Origin: Mytilus trossulus
Taxonomy: Eukaryota
Reading direction: 5' to 3'
NCBI RefSeq assembly: GCF_036588685.1
Contig: NW_026963309.1
Coordinates: 620,001 to 684,000 of the forward strand
Length of the DNA: 64,000 nt
Shown here: one piece after another, positions 11,761 to 24,929 of the stretch
Layout: every line of letters starts with the position of its first letter
How positions within the stretch are numbered: the first letter of the stretch is position 1
The notes under the pieces: generated by a model
What the model was told of the DNA's origin: nothing
Seen by the model: the letters and a program-made list of their open reading frames with translations, nothing else
Database searches by the model: none
Translations under genes and position numbers: made by a program

Positions 11761-13763
11761 TATATATCCCAGTCACGTGGTTTATCAGTATTATCATCAA
11801 CTGTATGTGTTCTCATGTGAACCTGTAAAATGTCAGGCCGACTAAAAATTTTACCACATACATCACAGTCATAAGGATTATCACCTGTATGTATTCTCTT
11901 GTGAGTCTTTAAATTACCTTGCACACTAAATCCTTTACCACATACATCACAGTCATAAGGTTTATCACCTGTATGTATTATCATGTGTCTTTGTAAATTT
12001 TGATGGCCACTCAATCCTTTACCACATATATCACAATAATGAAGTGAAGCACCTGAATGTGTTCTGGCGTGTCTCAGTAAAGTATAATGATGACCAAACC
12101 CTTTACCACATACATCACATTTATGACGTTTTTCGCCAGTGTGTGTTACCATGTGCCTCTTTACGTCACCAGCCGCACTAAACCTTTTACCACATACATC
12201 ACAGTCATAAGGTTTATCACCTTTATGTATTCTCATGTGTGTCTTTAAATTATCTTGCGCACTAAATCCTTTACCACATACATCACATCCATAAGGTTTG
12301 TCACCTGTATGTGTTCTCATGTGTCGCTGTAAATTACTAGACGTATTAAACCCTTTCTCACATACATCACATTTATGACGTTTTTCGCCAATGTGTGTTG
12401 CCATGTGTCTCTTCACGTCATTACCATGCCTAAACCTTTTACCACATACATCACAGTCATAAGGTTTATCATCTGTATGTATTCTCATGTGTGTCTTTAA
12501 ATTACCTTGCTCAATAAATCCTTTACCACATACATCACAGTTATGAGGTTTGTCGCCTGTATGTGTTCTCATGTGTCTACGTAAATGACTGAGTCGGCTA
12601 AACCCTTTACCACATACATCACAATCATGAGGTTTATCTTTAGTATGTGTTCTCTCGTGTATATCACCATTATGTATTCTCATGTGTTTCTTAAAATAAC
12701 CTTGATCACTAAATCCTTTACCACATACATCACAGTCATAAGGTTTGTCACCTGTATGTGTTCGCATGTGTCTCTTTAAAGTACCAAGCTGACTAAACTG
12801 TTTACCACATACATCGCAGTCATAAGGTTTATCACCTGTATGTGTTCTCATGTGTCTCATTAAACTACCATGATGACTAAACCCTTTACCACATACATCA
12901 CAGTCATGAGGTTTGTCGCCTGTATGTATTCTCATGTGTCTACGTAAATGACTAAGCAGACTAAAACCTCTACCACACACATCACAATCATGAGGTTTAT
13001 CTTTAGTATGTGTTCTCTCGTTTATTTTTAGGTGATTACCTCCAGAAAATTCTCTAGGACAAAAATCCCATTTGCGAGGTTTTTCACCAGTATGTGTTTT
13101 CGTGTGTCTCTTTAAGGAACTACTGTGACTAAATTCTCTAGCACAAACATCACATTTATGCAGTTTATTACTATCCTCTGTTCCTATTTGTCCCTGTTGA
13201 GTACCATAAATTGTGACTAAATCCTCTGTTCTTATTTGTCCTTGTTGAGTACCATTAATTGTGACTAAATCCTCTGTTCCTATTTGTCCCTGGTGAGTAC
13301 CATTAATTGTGACTAAATCCTCTGTTCCTATTTGTCCCTGTTGAGTACCATAAATTGTGACTAAATCCTCTGTTCTTATTTGTCCTTGTTGAGTACCATT
13401 AATTGTGACTAAATCCTCTGTTCCTATTTGTCCCTGGTGAGTACCATTAATTGTGACTAAATTCTCTGTTCTTATTTGTCCCTGTTGAGTACCATTAATT
13501 GCGACTAAATCCTCTGTTCTTATTTGTCCCTGTTGAGTACCATTAATTGTGACTAAATCCTCTGTTCTTATTTGTCCCTGTTGAGTACCATTAATTGTGA
13601 CTAAACCCTCTGTTCTTATTTGTCCCTGTTGAGTACCATTAATTGTGACTAAATCTTCTACCTCGTACATCCTATTAATAAGGTTTACCTCCAGTATATC
13701 TGTTTGTTCGTGTATGTCTCTGTAAGGAAAAAATGAAGACTTAAATATATGTTTTGTAGACAT
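11760..13763 (-). CDS. Tandem C2H2 zinc-finger protein, paralogue 2 (10 x 16-aa repeat + 16 finger units, the second degenerate)
   Basis: 667-aa ORF with repeated CxxC-x12-HxxxH and TGDKPY-type linkers. Probably a terminal exon with acceptor TTTTTTCCTTACAG (AG at 13721-13720). Confidence 0.93.
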   Translation of the reverse strand: MSTKHIFKSSFFPYRDIHEQTDILEVNLINRMYEVEDLVTINGTQQGQIRTEGLVTINGTQQGQIRTEDLVTINGTQQGQIRTEDLVAINGTQQGQIRTENLVTINGTHQGQIGTEDLVTINGTQQGQIRTEDLVTIYGTQQGQIGTEDLVTINGTHQGQIGTEDLVTINGTQQGQIRTEDLVTIYGTQQGQIGTEDSNKLHKCDVCAREFSHSSSLKRHTKTHTGEKPRKWDFCPREFSGGNHLKINERTHTKDKPHDCDVCGRGFSLLSHLRRHMRIHTGDKPHDCDVCGKGFSHHGSLMRHMRTHTGDKPYDCDVCGKQFSQLGTLKRHMRTHTGDKPYDCDVCGKGFSDQGYFKKHMRIHNGDIHERTHTKDKPHDCDVCGKGFSRLSHLRRHMRTHTGDKPHNCDVCGKGFIEQGNLKTHMRIHTDDKPYDCDVCGKRFRHGNDVKRHMATHIGEKRHKCDVCEKGFNTSSNLQRHMRTHTGDKPYGCDVCGKGFSAQDNLKTHMRIHKGDKPYDCDVCGKRFSAAGDVKRHMVTHTGEKRHKCDVCGKGFGHHYTLLRHARTHSGASLHYCDICGKGLSGHQNLQRHMIIHTGDKPYDCDVCGKGFSVQGNLKTHKRIHTGDNPYDCDVCGKIFSRPDILQVHMRTHTVDDNTDKPRDWDI
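13178..13657 (-). repeat. 48-bp coding minisatellite, 10 copies
   Basis: Ten 16-aa units in the ORF translation; units 5-7 and 8-10 form a duplicated triplet. Confidence 0.9.
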
Positions 13764-15436
13764 TGTTTAGGTGCAAAAATAAAGAGATCTTCAGGTTCTA
13801 GACGTTGTATGAATGTAAGTAAGTAAGTAAGTAAATTTTATTTAGAGTCGGCATATTAATTCATTTTTTATACATGATAACAGAGAAAACGTGAGCTCTG
13901 GTGAGCTCTTTATTAACCGACTATATGTGTACAAATTAAACTATAATGCGGCTGAGTTGTTATCTAATGTTTCGTAGCAGTTTGTTCCTGTAAGACCCAA
14001 ACATGCAGTTAATAAAAAAAGAATCTAGACTTTATTTTCGTTTCGTGTATCTAACTTTTGTTTTGGTAAATTATAAATTACTTATTGAAATATCAGGTTA
14101 CAAACCCGCATTAATAGCTTGGACAAAATGGCTACCGCTTGAAAAAACGACTGTGTAGAGATGGTTTTATAAAAGCTACATTTTTTGAACTCACGAACAA
14201 TGAGGCAAATGTTTGTTCTTTCGGTAGATGTTATTATTTTGTAAATAAACTCATAGATAAATAAGAGTCCACCTGGAAAATCAAAATAAGTGTTGTAAAT
14301 ATGGACTTAGAATGTAAAATTGAATTGTAACTTTGTCGTCAAAAATGTTATAACAATGTTGAACTTGCGCAAAGATATGAAGAGGTACATGACAACAAAA
14401 TAGCATTTCATCATCAAAACAGAAAAGTCCTAAAATAAAACCAAAAGAACTGAATATAAAAAATGACATTTGTCATGTGCAACAAAGAAGGCTGTTGGTG
14501 CTTGATTGAGTCCTTAAAGTTTTATTTTTAAAATCATAAAAAAAACTATTTAAGTCTTAAAGACACCAAAGACAGGAACAGGTTGTTGCTTTAAACGAAG
14601 ATTCAACACACTTACGTTTTATCATTTAATTCCAAGCAGACAAAGAATAATTATACTTTATGAGTTTCTCCTTCAATCGGAGGAATAATCGTTTTTTAAT
14701 TACAATTAAAATGATGACTCCTGCCATGTGTCTGTATGTCTTTATTAATATGATAGCCATTCCAAGCTGGCAAAGAATAATACATTATGAGGTACTCCTT
14801 CGTTGGAGGAATATTCGTGTTAAATTTACAATTATGACTCCTACCTGCCAACTGTATCTATGTGTTTGTTGTATGTGTTTTTTACTAACATCCATAGCTT
14901 TATTTATACTGTATGTTGAAAACTAACAAAACTCAATAACATGACAATTTTTTTAGCAATACTCTAACTAAAACACATGTATAATTCGTAATCATAATTG
15001 AAAATCACATCATTAATTAATATGAAATTGTATTACTCATATTGTTTCATTCTTGCATATTTCCCTTTAACTTATTTTTCACACCTTGTATATGGATTAA
15101 AAATTGGATATCGTGTTTTTGTTTCAGATAAATAGATCACATCTTTGATTATTATTATAATTATAGTCTGAATTATATCCCCGTAAGCATTATATCTGAA
15201 GCTATAGGAATATTTAAAAAAAAAAAAAACATATAGACAATAGACAGAGATATTTGTACAAACACATTTACAATACATGGTTATGGCATACACCATTGAG
15301 ATAATAAACTGGCAATTATTAAATTTACTGTTATTAAAGATCATTAAATGAGAGTGACATGCATGTAGTGGTAGTCACACGAAAAAACAAGAGACTATAA
15401 AAACATGTGTGTATCTAGAGTTAACTCACCACCAAT

Positions 15437-15640
15437 GAGGGTCTGGATGGGGGGGTCTGTTTATCTGTCAACATTCAATTTTTACCCATCTAATCTTTAA
15501 AAAAAAAATAACCACTTTTTTCTCTTTTATTCAACAAATTAACCCCCTTTTTCTCTAATCTTCATTTTGTTTGGCCGTTATTCTGTAATCTTCATTTTTA
15601 AGGCATTATTCTTTAATCATTTAACCCCATCCAAACCCTC
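15437..15640. mobile_element. MITE with GAGGG termini and 6-bp TSD
   Basis: GAGGGTCTGGATGGGG / CCCCATCCAAACCCTC, flanked by ACCAAT/ATCAAT. Confidence 0.75.
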
Positions 15641-16248
15641 ATCAATGTTCATGAACAAAATAATTAACTAAAAAAAATAGTATACATATTAAAAATTCTC
15701 ACTAAGTAGAGGGGTATCTAAAAGCTATACTTAAGGTACGGTCATTGTTTATCAGCTGAAAAGCTGAAGGGTATGTTCAAATTTTTCACCACATAATGAC
15801 CCCCCCCCCCCCCCTCTTCTCCTTTACACATATTAGCTTCAAAACTTTGACCCCCAAACAAAAATCTCTATCGATTGTAAGAAGAAATTCTCAATTTAGT
15901 AGGATTTTCCCAGATCCCAGATAACATGGATAAGGGGTCTGTAGAAGCTAAACTTAATATAATTAACTTAGTATATGTTCTAAAGAGCAACAAAAACGGT
16001 GTGCAAGAGTATTAGATCTGAGTACAGAGGTAGTACATATAGGTATAAAGTTGAAAGGAAAGGGGGTTATTCTTTGATTTTTCGGGATGATGATTTTGAA
16101 AATGAATATCATATCCACATGTCCACTGAATAAAATAAGCATAACAGATGAAAATGAATATTGAATTTGGAAAATATTACTTCTGGTTCCCCAAATTATC
16201 AAATGGTCATCTAAGCCAAATTATTATGACGTCTTGACCATGTTGAAA

Positions 16249-16470
16249 GGCCAAATAAAAAAGTATGTGTGGTTCCAGTTATATCTGAAAAAAGTTAGGG
16301 TAGGTAGGTATAGGGATTTTTTTTTTTACATTGAGTCTATGGGAGCAACATTCTGACTTAAACAGTGCTTAATGAAAAATGACAATAAAATCTTTAGGGA
16401 AGGCTGTTTTTAAGCCAAAACAGTAGGGACGGTAGGGTTACTGGAACCACACATATATTTTTATTTGGCC
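16249..16470. mobile_element. MITE (GGCCAAATAAAAAA TIR, Zator-like)
   Basis: About 30-bp TIRs; absent from the duplicated site at ~34960. Confidence 0.75.
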
Positions 16471-18212
16471 AAAGGCTATCTTATTTTTTTCCTGTGACAC
16501 GTTCCTTTGGACTAACGGTTATCTTATTATTTTTCAATTTGTAAGCTATCTTATTTTTTTCTGCAACACCTTGCTTTCAAGCGGCACTAATGGTCATCTA
16601 ATTATTTGTCAATTTGTTATACTTTACATAAATAGGGAGACCTGCAATTACTTCACAATTTATAGGCTGTTTTGAAACATTTCACAGTACTTGCATTTGT
16701 TGAATCAGATGAATTACTACATTTTTACTAGGCATAATTTTAGTTGTACATGAGTACTGTCACCAGACTTTGACTCTATAAAAGAAAACTGGGAGAGTTA
16801 AATAGATTAGCTTCTGCATCTGACATGTCTGATACATCCATTTCATTTGAATGTCTTTTTTTCGAGAGTAAAATACATAAAACTCTGTATAAAATCATCA
16901 ATACCTCTCTCTATCTTCATATATCTAGATTTTTTGTGCATCCACGCAAGTGTGTCCACACCAGCCTCGTGTATATACATGCACCACAGAGAGTCAAATC
17001 GTTAACAAGCATACCACTGCCACTGCCCAGCTTAAAGCATCTTCCGAACATTTAAAAGTCCCTACCATGTACTGGTTACCGAAATTACACAAAAAAACAT
17101 TTAAATTCCGTTTCATCTCCGCTTCGAGTAAGTGTTCTACTACTAATCTATCAGTGCTTCTAACCACCTCCCTTACTACTATCAAAGAACTGGTTATTAA
17201 CTTTTGTAATAAAGCTTATGAAACTAATGGTATTAATTGTTTTTGGAGTGTTAAAAATTCTTTAGAGGTTTTAGATAAAATACATGCTTTCAATGGTCCT
17301 TACAATTCTGTTGACAGTTATGATTTTTCTACTCTGTAAACTACACTTCCACACAATCTTATAAAGAAAAAGTTTTTGTATTTGATAAAATGGTCTTTCG
17401 AAAAATCTCATTGTAATTTTATTTGCTGTAACTCGTTTAAGGCCTTTTTCTGTAACGAAAAAGGAAAGTATGCTAGATACACTTACTGGAAATGTGAGGA
17501 TATGATTGAAGCTTTAAACTTTCTGCTTGATAACATTTATGTACGTTTCGGCGATAAAGTGTATCGTCAGGTAGTAGGTATTCCTATGGGCACCAACTGT
17601 GCCCCTTTAATAGCAGATTTATTTCTATATTGCTATGAATCTCAGTTTATGACTAAACTCAGTAAAGACCCATCATTGTTACATTTGGTTGATACATTCA
17701 AAAATACCTACCGTTATCTGGATGATATTTTTTCGTTGAATAATCCAGAGTTCTCTAAATATACTTCAGAAATTTACCCAAACGAACTTACTTTAACTAA
17801 ATCTAACATAAACAGCAGCAGTTGTCCTTTTCTAGATTTAGACATTTCAATTTCAAACGGGAAACTTCACACTAAAATTTACGACAAAAGAGACGATTTT
17901 TCATTTCCTATTGTTAATTTTCCTTTTTTAGACGGCGATGTGCCTTTGGTTCCATCATACGGTGTTTATATATCGCAACTCGTTCGGTTTGCCCGTGTGT
18001 GTTCTGATGTCATAGATTTTAACGAACGTAATCAATGCATCACTGGTAAATTGTTGTGTCCCATAAATTACTTAAAACTTTTACTAAATTCTTTCATAGA
18101 TACAAAGATTTGATTAGTAAATTTGGCTATACCTGTAGAAAGCTTATTAAAAATGGTATTTCACATCCTAAATTTTATGGTAATATTGTACTTAAAGCGA
18201 GGAAATCACTAT

Positions 18213-21200
18213 TAGTCCATCAGCTGGTAGGGCAAAAATTCAGTTCTGTGTTAGACCCCAGGGTACCGCAATTTTTTTGTATAAATTTAAAGAGTAATAT
18301 CTGAAGAATATTTTAAGAGGTGTTAGACTTTTGAAAAAATGTCCAAAAGGGGTTAAAAGGGGGCTTATTTCAGGGTATATCAAAAATTTTGTTTTGCACA
18401 TTATTACAGAAAAATGTAAAAAATAACTAATTATTCAGTACTATACTTTTTATTAAATGGAACACATCATATCATATTAAAACCCAGGCTAATTTTTATA
18501 TCGTAGAGGACCAAGACAAAAGGGGGAGGGTCAATTTCCAAAAGTCATGATTTTGAATGAAAAGAAGCATACGTACTAATTTTCTTGAAAAAAATGTATA
18601 TTCTTTTCACATTGAAACATACAGCATACAGTATATAAAGGCTGGTGAAAAAAAACTTAAAGGTAAGAAACAAAAACATAGAATCAACGACAAACACAAA
18701 CATAGGCAACCAGAAATGCACGATTCTGTCACAAATGTTTAAATCGCATTCATGAAATAACTCGCATATTAAAACACACAAAACTGTCAGGGTTTCTAGA
18801 TTTCTATTTTTTTTTTTAAATTTAACAACCGCATCACCACATTTAAGGTCACACAGAAGGTCAATCAATAAAATCATCATCAGTTTGGTCACCGGCATCT
18901 ACCGAATTATCATTATCATCTTTTCCATCATCTGTGTCGTCATCGTTAGCAATATCAACGATTCGATAATGCCTATATCTACAAGCTTTCGAGCATTAAC
19001 ATACAGCTATCTGTTCAGGATAAACCTTGTTGAACACACGAACATATTTTTTGGCACAACCAGCTTTACATGAACAGCACATCAGAATTACCAAAGCATC
19101 TATCGCTGGTGGTTGGTCTAGAAAATTGATACTGATCAAAGCGCTCTAAACAATCCAACCATAGTTGTTTGGCAACAGACCAGTGTTGTGTTTAAGAGTA
19201 GATTTCCAAATCGTCGTCTGAAAGTTGGCTTGTTTAATGTGCTTTAACCTTGCATCTTTTGCATTTCAAAACGTTCTGATCTTTATTTATCGATATTTTT
19301 AATTTCGTAGCCATATATAGAACACGAAAACCTCTCAAGTGCTTTGATAACTCCTCGCCAACCTCTTCCAAGGCTTCACCAAGATGGAATAAACCTTCTG
19401 AAAACTCCACATAACGTGTCAAAAAGCCGAAAGCTTTACTTTTTTTCTTTACCAGACAAAACACTTACTGAATCACAACCTGTATTAGCGCGAAATCCCT
19501 TTAGTTTTCGACAAACATTCTCACCAAATTTGCACAACTGATTGCACATTTAATAATCTGCATTTGGGGGATGTATTTGTCAGACTTACAATGTTAGAAT
19601 TGATATGCAACTGTGAAAATAGTAAGCCAATACTTCCACAACAGTGTCAGAAGGTTTTTTAACAATGGAGTCGTAAACTTTGTCAGCTGCATGTTTTTGC
19701 ATTTTATTAAGAACATTTTTTTATCGGCTTCTTCCTGTTTGATCATAAACTAAAACCATTCTACGCTATTTCATTTTCAACATATATTTTGTGGCACATA
19801 CTTCCATGTGATACAAATAATTCCATACATTCAAGTGTAAATCTATAGGATTGTTTACTCTTTTAAAAACAAAAGAATTCAACAAAAGCAACTTTGTTTC
19901 CCCCAACTAACAAACATTTCTTCCATTCACAAGAACACGATTGGTTTAGAACTTATCGTAATGATTTGCCCTCCCAAGGACCTGCCGTTCTAATTTCGTT
20001 ATGAATATTGTGCGATACTATTCAGTGACAAAATTAATGCGTGACCACTTTTCAAAACTAAAAGGATGGTTTTTAAAATAACAATTTTTGCCAAATCGAA
20101 AAAAGTGCTTGGTATCCTAGTAATGGTTTGAATAACTGCCATGTCATCAAATATCCACATGATTTCCTTAGGAAAGAGCCTTTTCTAAAAAGACCACCCA
20201 GGACAGGTTTTAATTTTTAGTTACATGTGTACATTCAAAGTTTGTAATAGACATTGGAAAAGGACCTAATTCAACTGGAGAACCTATAGCATAACCAACT
20301 ATCTTGTCTGGGCTATGACAAGCAGGCGACATTTTGTTTTCATCTGCTTTCAATGTTTTGTTGTTCTTATCAGCCATTAACTGCTTGCCTTTTATTTCCC
20401 TTTTTTTTAAATGTAAGCAATGATTTTCTTTTTTGAAGATATCGGTTGACTTTTGAATAAGCCCTTCCGTAATGAAAATTTCTGAAGCAAATTTTCCCTT
20501 TTCATACGCGTTTAGAAGGTCACCCATTAATTTCGAAGAAGCAACAGAATCCGAGAACAAGCCATATAACTGCTCACATGTTATAATGGAATTGGCCAGC
20601 TTTGAAGTGTCTAAAACAATTTTCAAACATCAGAAACTGACTCGCTTTATTCGAGTTTTTCTGATTTCTTTTTGGGAGGATGTTTCAGGGTTAACAATTC
20701 CTACCAAGTCTCGACATTTTAATGATATTAAAGCTCTTTCATGTGCATTTAGCAACCAACGTTTATCAGAATCTTTATTTAAACTGAAACCAACAAAGCC
20801 ATTTTTGTTTGTATATCTAAGAATCCTGAGAAAGTAAAAAGTATTGCCAAACACCACAAATGACTATTTGACGTTCGTTCAAAGCGATGTCTGTCGATTG
20901 AATGACTAAACAATCTTAAATCAATAACTTCATAGCTAAAACACAAAATGTTATCAAGCACACCTTTATTGAGTTCGATAGAGTGCACCTTTTCTGAACG
21001 CCAAAAAATCACCTTAATTTGTAATTTGTTCATCATAATTTCGTTACACATTAATTTTATAAAATAATTTGTCTCACAAAAACATCATAAATCGACAATT
21101 AAATGTTTATTTTCAGTTGCAAATTGATAATGCTTATGTGTGAATATATTGTACATGTTGTATACTGAATCAAAGACGGTAATTTGATGAATTCCGGTAT

Positions 21201-21737
21201 TTTACGAGTATTTGAAAGTACATATATTTTATTAAATAATTCATATTTTAGACGATATATAAATACTGCAAATGATTTAAACATTACATGATGATTAATT
21301 CTCAAGTTTATTTAACTAAAACGGGTAATTGTTTAACGAATTTCTTTGTGAAAGGAGAAAAAATGCCTTTATTTGCACCCAAAAAATCGGATTGTTTGTA
21401 ATGTAAAAAACATTTTTTTAAAACAAAAAATCTTCCGAGTTACATTTAATATGATAAGTTTTGTATCTGTTTTAGTTGTTTAAACCTTTACTTTATTTTT
21501 TTTAATCGCTTGATATTAAAAAAAAATAATTAAAAATTACTTAGTTGTGATTGCTAAATGAGTGGACCATTGAAGGGACGTTTTTAATCCTCTTTTGGAC
21601 ACTTTCTTTTTCGTCTAACACCTTGTATTTTATCAATAAGATAATGAAGTTGAATTCTATCAAAAAAAATCGCGGTACCCTGGGGTGTAACACAAACTCC
21701 TTAACTAGAGCTCTTTTGAGAACTAGCTGATGGACTA
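18213..21737 (-). mobile_element. Academ-like DNA transposon with decayed transposase
   Basis: TIR TAGTCCATCAGCT / AGCTGATGGACTA plus subterminal IR (ACCCCAGGGTACCGC), 3-bp TSD TAT confirmed by the empty site at ~36724. Minus-strand fragments GFVGFSLNKDSDKRWLLNAHERA, ELGPFPMSI and GCDSVSVLSGK resemble Academ transposases as I recall them. Confidence 0.75.
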
Positions 21738-22566
21738 TATGTGATCCTTGTAAACTCATCGAACCTTTAAACAAACTTATAAGTAAGGGTTATCGTACCA
21801 ATATTGTAATTAGATCTCTGAATATATTTCACATTGGCACTAATATTGATTTTGTCATTAGCAAATTAAAACATAACTAAATTTCATTATCTTTTGAAGC
21901 GAGATGTATAGAGACACAGACACGTTAACTTTTATTTCTATAGAAGTCGCTCTTCACTATACTACTACCTTTCGATACATTTATTTTTGGCATTGCACAA
22001 GTCATGTCTTCTTTGACTATTAATGACGTTAAAATACTAAATCCCTGTGATGTGTTTTAGTCGATTTTAGTCTATGATGCATGATTTTTTATTATTAATT
22101 GGTTTTGGCTTTTAACTAGCTGTCAGTAACTGCGAGTACTCTCAAGTCGTATTTTCTTGTTAATTCGACCTGTTGATACTGTTTTATAATGCTTTTTTGT
22201 TATTTTTTTATTTATATGGATCTTGTCTGTACACCAGCTTTGATTATTTGTAATATCTTCAATTTTTCACTTATTCTTACAACATTTGTATAAACTTCAA
22301 GATTATAAAAAAACGGTTTTTTTCTAAAGTGAACTTTGATTGGTTAAATATTTCTCAGTTTTGTCCTGTGTTTGAATTTGTTTGTTAGCTTTTTGGTCAT
22401 GAATGTTTGTCTCTAATATTTAATTAACTGTGCATTTGTATTCAGATATCGCAGATCAAATTTATTCGTTCATTGTGTAATCATACGTTTTTTGATTGAG
22501 TTAAGTCTGCCAATTGATATTTTATCGTATGTTTTTCTATGTTGTGATGTTATGCTATTGTTTCAG

Positions 22567-23887
22567 AACTAGAGGCTCCAAAGAGCCTGTGTCGCTCACC
22601 TTGGTCTATGTGAATATTAAACAAAGGACGCATTTGAATTCATGACAAAATTGTGTTTTGGTGATGGTGATGTGTTTGTATATCTTACTTTACTGAACAT
22701 TATTGCTGCTTACAATCATTCTATCTATATTGAACTTGGCCTAAGAGCTTCAGTGGAAAATGTTAGTTAAAATTTACAAATTTTATGAAAATTGTTAAAA
22801 ATTGACTATAAAGGGCAATAACTCCTTATGGGGTCAATTGACCATTTAGGTCATGTTGACTTATTTTTAGGTGTTACTTTGCTGTACATTGTTTCCCTTT
22901 ACAGTTTATCTCTATCTATAATAATATTCAAGATAATAACAAAAAACGGCAAAATTTCCTTAAAATGCCTAATTCAGGGGCAGCAACCTAACAGCAGTTT
23001 GTCCAATCCATCTGAAAATTTCATGGCAAATAGATCTTGACCTGATTAACAATTTTACTCCCTGTTAGATTTGCTCTAAATGCTTTGGTTTTTGAGTTAT
23101 AAGCAAAAAACTGCATTTTACCCCTATGTTCTATTTTTAGCCATGGCGGCCATCTTTGTTGGTTGGCCGGTCACGCCACACAATTTTTAAACTAGATACC
23201 CCAATGATGATTACGGCCAAGTTTGATTAAATTTGGCCTGGTAGTTTCAGAGGAGAAGATTTTTGTAAAAGATTACCAAGATTTACGAAAAATGGTTAAA
23301 AATTGACTATAAAGGACAATAACTCCTAAAGTGGTCAACTGACCATTTTGGTTATGTTGACTTATTTGTAGATTTTACTTTGCTGAACATTATTGCTGTT
23401 TACAGTTTATCTCTATCTATAATAATATTCAAGATAGAAACAAAAAACCTCAAAATTTCCCTAAAATTACCAATTCAGGGGCAGCAACCCAACAACAGGT
23501 TGTCTGATTCATCTGAAAATTTCAGGGCAGTTAGATCTTGACCTGATGAACATTTTTACCCCATGTCAGATTTCTCTAAATGCTTTGGTTTTTGAGTTAT
23601 AAGCCAAAAACTGCATTTTACCCCTATGTTCTATTTTTAGCCGTGGTGGCCATCTTGGTTGGTTGGCGGGGTCACCGGACACAATTTTTAAACTAGATAC
23701 CCCAATGATGATTATGGCCAAGTTTGGATTAATTTGGCCCAGCAGTTTCAGAGGAGAAGATTTTTGTAAAAGTTAACGACGCCGGACGCAGGACGACGGA
23801 CAACGACGGACGACGACGGACGACGACGGACGCCGGACGCCAAGTGATGAGAAAAGCTCACTTGGCCCTTCGGGCCAGGTGAGCTAA
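22567..23887 (+). mobile_element. Helentron-associated non-autonomous element with ~480-bp internal dimer and (GAC/GGAC) microsatellite
   Basis: Absent at the duplicated site ~37272. Duplicated internal unit (22800 vs 23301), GACGACGGAC tract, 3' hairpin AGCTCACTTGGCCC-TTC-GGGCCAGGTGAGCT. Confidence 0.8.
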
Positions 23888-24714
23888 AAAGGGAGAAGGT
23901 TTGGATCCATTAAAACGTTTAATCCCGCTGCAAATGTTTGCACCTGTCCTAAGTCAGGAATCTGATGTACAATAGTTGTCGTTTGTTTATGTAATATATA
24001 CGTGTTTCTCGTTTCTCGTTTTGTTTGTATAGATTAGACCGTTGGTTTCCCCGTTTGAATGGTTTTACACTAGTAATTTTTTGGGACCCTTTATAGCTTG
24101 TTGTTCGGTGTGAGCCAAGGCTCCGTGTTGAAGGCCGTACTTTAACCTTTAATGGTTTACTTTTTAAATTGTTATTTGGATGAAGAGTTGTCTCATTGGC
24201 ACTCACACCACATCTTCCTTTATCTTTATATTTATCAAAATTGCATAGATGTAGTCCATTCGTCCACACCACCCTTGTGTAATCGTGTAAACTGTATATA
24301 TTTGAGTTTTATATACATGTACATAGACATTTCATTTACATATTATGTAATTAATTTACATCATACATGTCTATTTTCAGGACCTCCGATCCGTGCAGTT
24401 AGGCATGTTTTTCTTTGGTGTTCAAGAAGTATATCACTGTTCTGAGCTCTCTGTCTAAGTGTATTATTAAAGTGCTTTGCATTAAGCTCAGTTCATTGTT
24501 ATGCCAATGCATTCTTCTTAATATAAACAACTAAGGGAAGATTATTGAAATTGTCATCACCAGGAATTATTGAAGCAGCATCCACTGAGCATGAATAGTT
24601 TAAGATACACGTAAATTAAATTATTTTAGATGCATTTGAAACAAATACTTTGCATCTAGATAGCCAAATAAAAAAAGTACATTGAAATATACCAAACATT
24701 GCTACCTGGAATAT

Positions 24715-24929
24715 GAGGGGGATGACAGGGGTAAGGGAGACAGGGAGAAAGAGGGTAGGAGAAAGGAGAGGAAGGCTGGGAGAAAGGAGAAAAAGTTGGA
24801 GAAAAGAGATTTTTTTTTAATTTATCTCAAAAGGAGATGTTTCATTTTAATGAGAGAAAGGAGAACGGGGATAGGAGAAAGGAGAAGAGGGGTGGGAGAA
24901 GGGAGAAGGGTACCCCCTGTCCCCCCCTC
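24715..24929. mobile_element. Purine-rich MITE with GAGGG termini and 6-bp TSD GAATAT
   Basis: GAGGGGGATGACAGGGG / CCCCTGTCCCCCCCTC; GAATAT at 24709-24714 and 24930-24935. Truncated copy at ~38114-38306. Confidence 0.7.

Larger units (their letters stand above)
16960..24215 (+). mobile_element. 5'-truncated Penelope-like retroelement (RT pseudogene + long 3' region), interrupted by two insertions
   Basis: RT motifs YWLPKLHK, YDFSTL*TTLPH, GIPMGTNCAPLIADLFLY, YRYLDDI, IYDKRDDFSFPIVNFP. The frame resumes at 21738 after the insertion, as shown by the uninterrupted copy at 35460-37605. Confidence 0.85.

Noticed and set aside
17337-17339. In-frame stop in the PLE RT as possible selenocysteine recoding
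   Set aside because: The codon is TAA at a conserved Tyr position, not TGA; an ordinary nonsense mutation.
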